Shown: positions 60,348 through 64,000 of the stretch, in pieces | How the letters are laid out: every line of letters begins with the position of its first letter | Numbering within the stretch: position 1 is the stretch's first letter | Assembly (NCBI GenBank): GCA_965140445.1 | Contig: OZ223236.1 | Location: forward strand, 64,001-128,000 | DNA from: Candidatus Ozemobacteraceae bacterium | GTDB taxonomy: Bacteria; Muiribacteriota; Ozemobacteria; Ozemobacterales; Ozemobacteraceae | Direction of reading: 5' to 3' | DNA length: 64,000 bases | The notes under the pieces: model-generated | What the model was told of the DNA's origin: nothing | Database searches by the model: none | Seen by the model: the letters and a program-made list of their open reading frames with translations, nothing else | Program-made: the position numbers and the translations under genes

Positions 60348-62312
60348 ATGACAAAAAATGATGTTGAAAGCGTTAACCAAAGTTACTCTTACTTCATTTT
60401 AGCCAAATTTGCAGGTCTTGGAATTTTTGTTCTAGGACTACTGATTTTTATACAGCTTGCGCCAAGAACCATTTTTCCACTAAGCATTTTAATTTCCATG
60501 ACTTTTGTCGCCACTTCACTTAAGCAGCTTGGGAAATCAGGAAAATCAGAATTGTCCTGGCTCCCACTGTCCATTATCGCCTGGGGTTTTCTAGACCTCG
60601 TTATGGGAATGTTTTATTTCATAGCTTCAGGTATTACTCAAGATTTTTTGGCTCAAATTTCTTTTCGTGCCCCCTGCTGGATTGTATTCGGTCTTTGGCT
60701 TGCCTATGTTAGCCACAAAATTGTTAAACAAAAATCTTCAAACAAACCCTTTTCTTTTAGATGCTCAATTGAAAATGCGAAAATTGTTTTTAACCTTTCA
60801 ACCTTGCTATTAGTTCTTTTGCTTCTTGTTCCCACTCCTCCGCTATTAACGATAGACCTGCCTCCAAATCAAACTCTGACGGTATGGCCATTTTCTGCTG
60901 AATTTATGACATTTGATTTATCCGGAGCGGGAAACGGTGTATTAGGAATTTTTTCATTAATACAATCATCCCTTGATAAAGCTTGCTCTCCTGTGTTTTC
61001 TTTTCCTTTATTTGGATTGTGGTGGTTTCCAGCATTAATTTTGATAATCCCGATAAGTTTTTCTTTAGTAAAAAAAGATAACTGGAAGGCGTTACGCTTT
61101 CTCACTGCAGTTGGTCTTCTATGCTACATCTCGATCCCCATTCAATTTTCTATGCAATACAGGCTTAATGTTTTTGGAAGTAAAAGTATTTTAAGCTTTG
61201 GCTACTTTCTTTTGCTAATACCAATATTAATGCAAACCTGGTCGGTTTTTCCTACAAGAGAATCATATATAAAATCACACAATGGTAAAAATAATGATAC
61301 TAACAGAATAAACAACTTTGCCTTCCCACTTGCACAAACTTTATTGGCTGTTTTTATAGCAATTTCATGGACACTGGCTCAGCCATCTATAATGAAACCA
61401 CCAATTCAACGACTTATTGAAGCAGCAGAATCAGGTAACACTAAAGATCTTCCTTATTACCTTGAAAAAGTGAAAGGGAGAACAAAAAAATATGGAGTAG
61501 AAATGGCTCTCTGTGAGGCCATAGACAAAAATTGCGTATCTCTTTTTGATTGGCTTTTAACCCAAAAGCCAGATTTAAATGTGATTCCTGAAGAGCGCGG
61601 AGACATGCCACTCTGGCATTCAATTAGAGCCAATGGAAACTTGGAAATTACCGAAAAATTGCTTAAATCAGGAGCAAATCCCAATATACTTCTTTCAAAA
61701 GGAAGCTTTAGCGATACGGCCCTGGGCCTTGCTCTTTCAATGTCTCGCCACCGCCCCTTAAAGAAAAATATGGATTTCTTTAAGATATTAATTGATAACG
61801 GAGCAGACCTGAATTCTCCAGTAAATGCCAAAGGAGAATTTCCAGCAGAAGTTATCCTTGGAAACGATGACGCAGAAATAATTCTTACGGAATTTATAAA
61901 ACATGGAATGAATCCGCTTAAAACTTCTGGAGAAAATCTTTTCTTCAAAGCTTCTTTAGCTCGAAAACCTGAACAGCTAAAAATATTGCAGGCTGCGGGC
62001 TTAACATCAGATGCTGTAGACAGAAATGGAAATTCTTTTTTACACCTGGCCATTTTCCGCAACTACGGGGGGGATTTAAGACTTTCAGATATACAAAAAA
62101 AATACGCAGAAGATGTTGTAAACAATCAAAATTTGGAGGGAAAAACCCCTCTTCATCTCGCTGTTGAAAGAAATGAACCGCAAATTGTAAAATTATTGCT
62201 AAAGTATGGAGCAAACCCCGAAATAAAAGACAAAAAAGGTTTAACTCCTGAACAGCTTGCCGAAAAAGAGCGATATCTCCGTGTTTTAAAAATAATCCGC
62301 AGCTCAAATTAA
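60348..62312 (+). CDS. Polytopic membrane protein with C-terminal ankyrin repeats
   Basis: Hydrophobic N-terminal half; GNSFLHLA, GKTPLHLAV...LLLKYGANPEIKDKKGLTP. Confidence 0.85.
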   Translation: MTKNDVESVNQSYSYFILAKFAGLGIFVLGLLIFIQLAPRTIFPLSILISMTFVATSLKQLGKSGKSELSWLPLSIIAWGFLDLVMGMFYFIASGITQDFLAQISFRAPCWIVFGLWLAYVSHKIVKQKSSNKPFSFRCSIENAKIVFNLSTLLLVLLLLVPTPPLLTIDLPPNQTLTVWPFSAEFMTFDLSGAGNGVLGIFSLIQSSLDKACSPVFSFPLFGLWWFPALILIIPISFSLVKKDNWKALRFLTAVGLLCYISIPIQFSMQYRLNVFGSKSILSFGYFLLLIPILMQTWSVFPTRESYIKSHNGKNNDTNRINNFAFPLAQTLLAVFIAISWTLAQPSIMKPPIQRLIEAAESGNTKDLPYYLEKVKGRTKKYGVEMALCEAIDKNCVSLFDWLLTQKPDLNVIPEERGDMPLWHSIRANGNLEITEKLLKSGANPNILLSKGSFSDTALGLALSMSRHRPLKKNMDFFKILIDNGADLNSPVNAKGEFPAEVILGNDDAEIILTEFIKHGMNPLKTSGENLFFKASLARKPEQLKILQAAGLTSDAVDRNGNSFLHLAIFRNYGGDLRLSDIQKKYAEDVVNNQNLEGKTPLHLAVERNEPQIVKLLLKYGANPEIKDKKGLTPEQLAEKERYLRVLKIIRSSN

Positions 62313-62345
62313 AATTTTCCAATGATATAGAAATCGGAGTTTAGG

Positions 62346-63311
62346 ATGAACAAAAATCATGTTCTTTGTATTTTAGTCACAATACTTTTTTTCTTCTCGT
62401 CTAATGTCACCTTTGCCTATAGGCCATCTCCAAGTCCTTTTTCCAGATGTCAGGAATTTCTTCAACGATTGGTTAGCTTTACTGATGAAGAAACTGATAT
62501 ATCGAAAAAATTTCCTCCCGACTTTCTTAGATATGCCTCTGAAACAGGCATAATCGACAGCGAAGTATTTCTGGAGCAAGCGATAAGAAAAACAAAACAT
62601 GTGCCTTATTGGCAAAAAGATTGCCAGTATGCAATTGCTCCATGGGCAAGATTTAAAGACTTAAATAAAGGGCATCCCACAGACATATATTGCGTAAAAC
62701 ATGGCTTTTTGGAAAGCGTATACCCGGATCGGCAAAACAAGAAATTAAATGCTGAACAAATAAGAAACTTCTTTTTAAACAAATGTAGAGATTATGGAAT
62801 CGATGAAAAAACAGCCATAAAGCAAACTCAGCAATTCGATCCCGATCCTGATAACATAGGCCAAATGGGAATCTTGCGCAAAAATTTCCTGAAACTTTAC
62901 CAGCAAATAGGTTTTGTGGGCTTTTTACTAATCCACCTTGCATTAACATTGGGAATTTGGATAATCTTTCTTCCCTTAAAGGACAATAACTCATTAATTG
63001 CAACTGCGGGAATGTGGCTTGGGATTGAGTCTATTTATATGGTTCCTTTCTTTAGTATTTTTCTTGATGGCTGGGGCTCTCGATACATAAGGTTTCCTGG
63101 GGAAATCATTGGAGTAATGACCGCAGCCCATTTAATCCTTATCCTTTTTTCGTTTGTGATGATTTTTGTCCAAAAAGCTAACAAAGAACCTCTTTCACCG
63201 ACCATAATTCTACTATTTGCGTCTTTTATAGGAATACTTGGAATAAACATTATCAGCACTTTGCTTGGTTTCTATATTTTCTTTCTTGTTAGAGCACAAT
63301 ATCGAAAATAG
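62346..63311 (+). CDS. Hypothetical protein: signal peptide, extracytoplasmic domain, C-terminal TMs
   Basis: 321-aa ORF with AGGA upstream; C..HG motif; four C-terminal hydrophobic helices. Confidence 0.75.
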   Translation: MNKNHVLCILVTILFFFSSNVTFAYRPSPSPFSRCQEFLQRLVSFTDEETDISKKFPPDFLRYASETGIIDSEVFLEQAIRKTKHVPYWQKDCQYAIAPWARFKDLNKGHPTDIYCVKHGFLESVYPDRQNKKLNAEQIRNFFLNKCRDYGIDEKTAIKQTQQFDPDPDNIGQMGILRKNFLKLYQQIGFVGFLLIHLALTLGIWIIFLPLKDNNSLIATAGMWLGIESIYMVPFFSIFLDGWGSRYIRFPGEIIGVMTAAHLILILFSFVMIFVQKANKEPLSPTIILLFASFIGILGINIISTLLGFYIFFLVRAQYRK

Positions 63312-63467
63312 ATATGAAATTATCTTCGAAAAGCCCTTATTTTATCTGGTTCAGTAAACTTTTTCCCTTTTTCAAAAATATTTGAAACCTTGCCTCGTTT
63401 TTTATCATATACTTTTGACATGAGTGCTAAAAAGAGCATTCACCAATACAAGCAAAAATAGATAAAG

Positions 63468-64000
63468 ATGTTTATTAAGTCAGAGAAGTTACCGGTAAGA
63501 AGGTTTTGGAGGGCTAGCAACAGAGGTTTTATTCTCGGTGTTGTACTATTAGTCTGCCTTGTAATGGCTGCATTTATCTTTTCTTTTAACAGCATAGTCA
63601 GACAGAGAAACGTTCAGGCTCACCACCTTGCCATAGCTGAAAAAAGCAACTATCTGGCAATTTCAGGCCTTAAGCTCTTCAGCAAGCAATTAAACGCAGA
63701 CTTTGAAACCACAATAAAGGTAGCTTGCCCCGACTTATTTACCAAAACTGCTGACGAATTAGGTTCTTCAATAGATTTAACCACTTCTTCATCTCTTTGT
63801 TCTCAGGTAAAATCCGACTTTCAAAACTTTCTCAATACTATGGATGAGCTAAAAGATGGCTCTGTTATAGGCGGAGGTTTCCCGGTTTGTGAAAAAATGG
63901 AAATCAGACTTGAAAAGATCTCTGCTTTAACTCCAGATACAACCGAAGCGCAATTTCAAGCAGGACGTGATCCAATAGAAAAATGCGGTCAGATTGTAAT
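63468..64000 (+). CDS. PilX/GspK-like prepilin-type protein, N-terminal part (runs off window end)
   Basis: Not in ORF track. MFIKSEKLPVRRFWRASNRG|FILGVVLLVCLVMAAFIF...SNYLAISG; frame open to the end of the window. Confidence 0.7.
   Translation, partial: MFIKSEKLPVRRFWRASNRGFILGVVLLVCLVMAAFIFSFNSIVRQRNVQAHHLAIAEKSNYLAISGLKLFSKQLNADFETTIKVACPDLFTKTADELGSSIDLTTSSSLCSQVKSDFQNFLNTMDELKDGSVIGGGFPVCEKMEIRLEKISALTPDTTEAQFQAGRDPIEKCGQIV

Noticed and set aside
1..64000. CRISPR arrays, tRNA/rRNA, IS elements, prophage
   Set aside because: No regularly spaced repeats, cloverleafs, transposases, integrases or phage structural genes were recognised by eye.

Overview
AT-rich bacterial chromosome segment, dense with genes, from a probable anaerobic diderm (rubredoxin, Bcd/EtfAB, Kal, lipoproteins, Wzx flippase). 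The large membrane cyclases and the PilX-like ORF resemble Candidatus Riflebacteria; that assignment is my impression, not a search result. No rRNA, tRNA, CRISPR array, transposase or prophage was recognised. Housekeeping genes include rph, rdgB, ftsH, wecB, rqcH, yciH, slyX and bcd-etfB-etfA. Five CDSs missing from the ORF track were added: a penicillin-acylase N-terminus, a 22-aa leader peptide, a rubredoxin, a zinc-ribbon microprotein and a PilX-like N-terminus. Main observations: (1) two tandem class III cyclase genes with complementary active-site residues (C1-like and C2-like), predicting an obligate heterodimeric bacterial adenylyl cyclase; (2) an orphan GrpU-like microcompartment shell protein between Mrp/ApbC and IscU genes; (3) a promoter, leader peptide, antiterminator and terminator upstream of a heterodimeric ABC exporter; (4) a full-length DnaB paralog with degenerate motor motifs in an operon with TPR and HEAT proteins; (5) a parS site, an A9 frameshift in a Sel1 lipoprotein gene, and Rex/CRP-like boxes upstream of a maoC-kal-bcd-etf operon. 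All calls come from reading motifs by eye; no database search was run.
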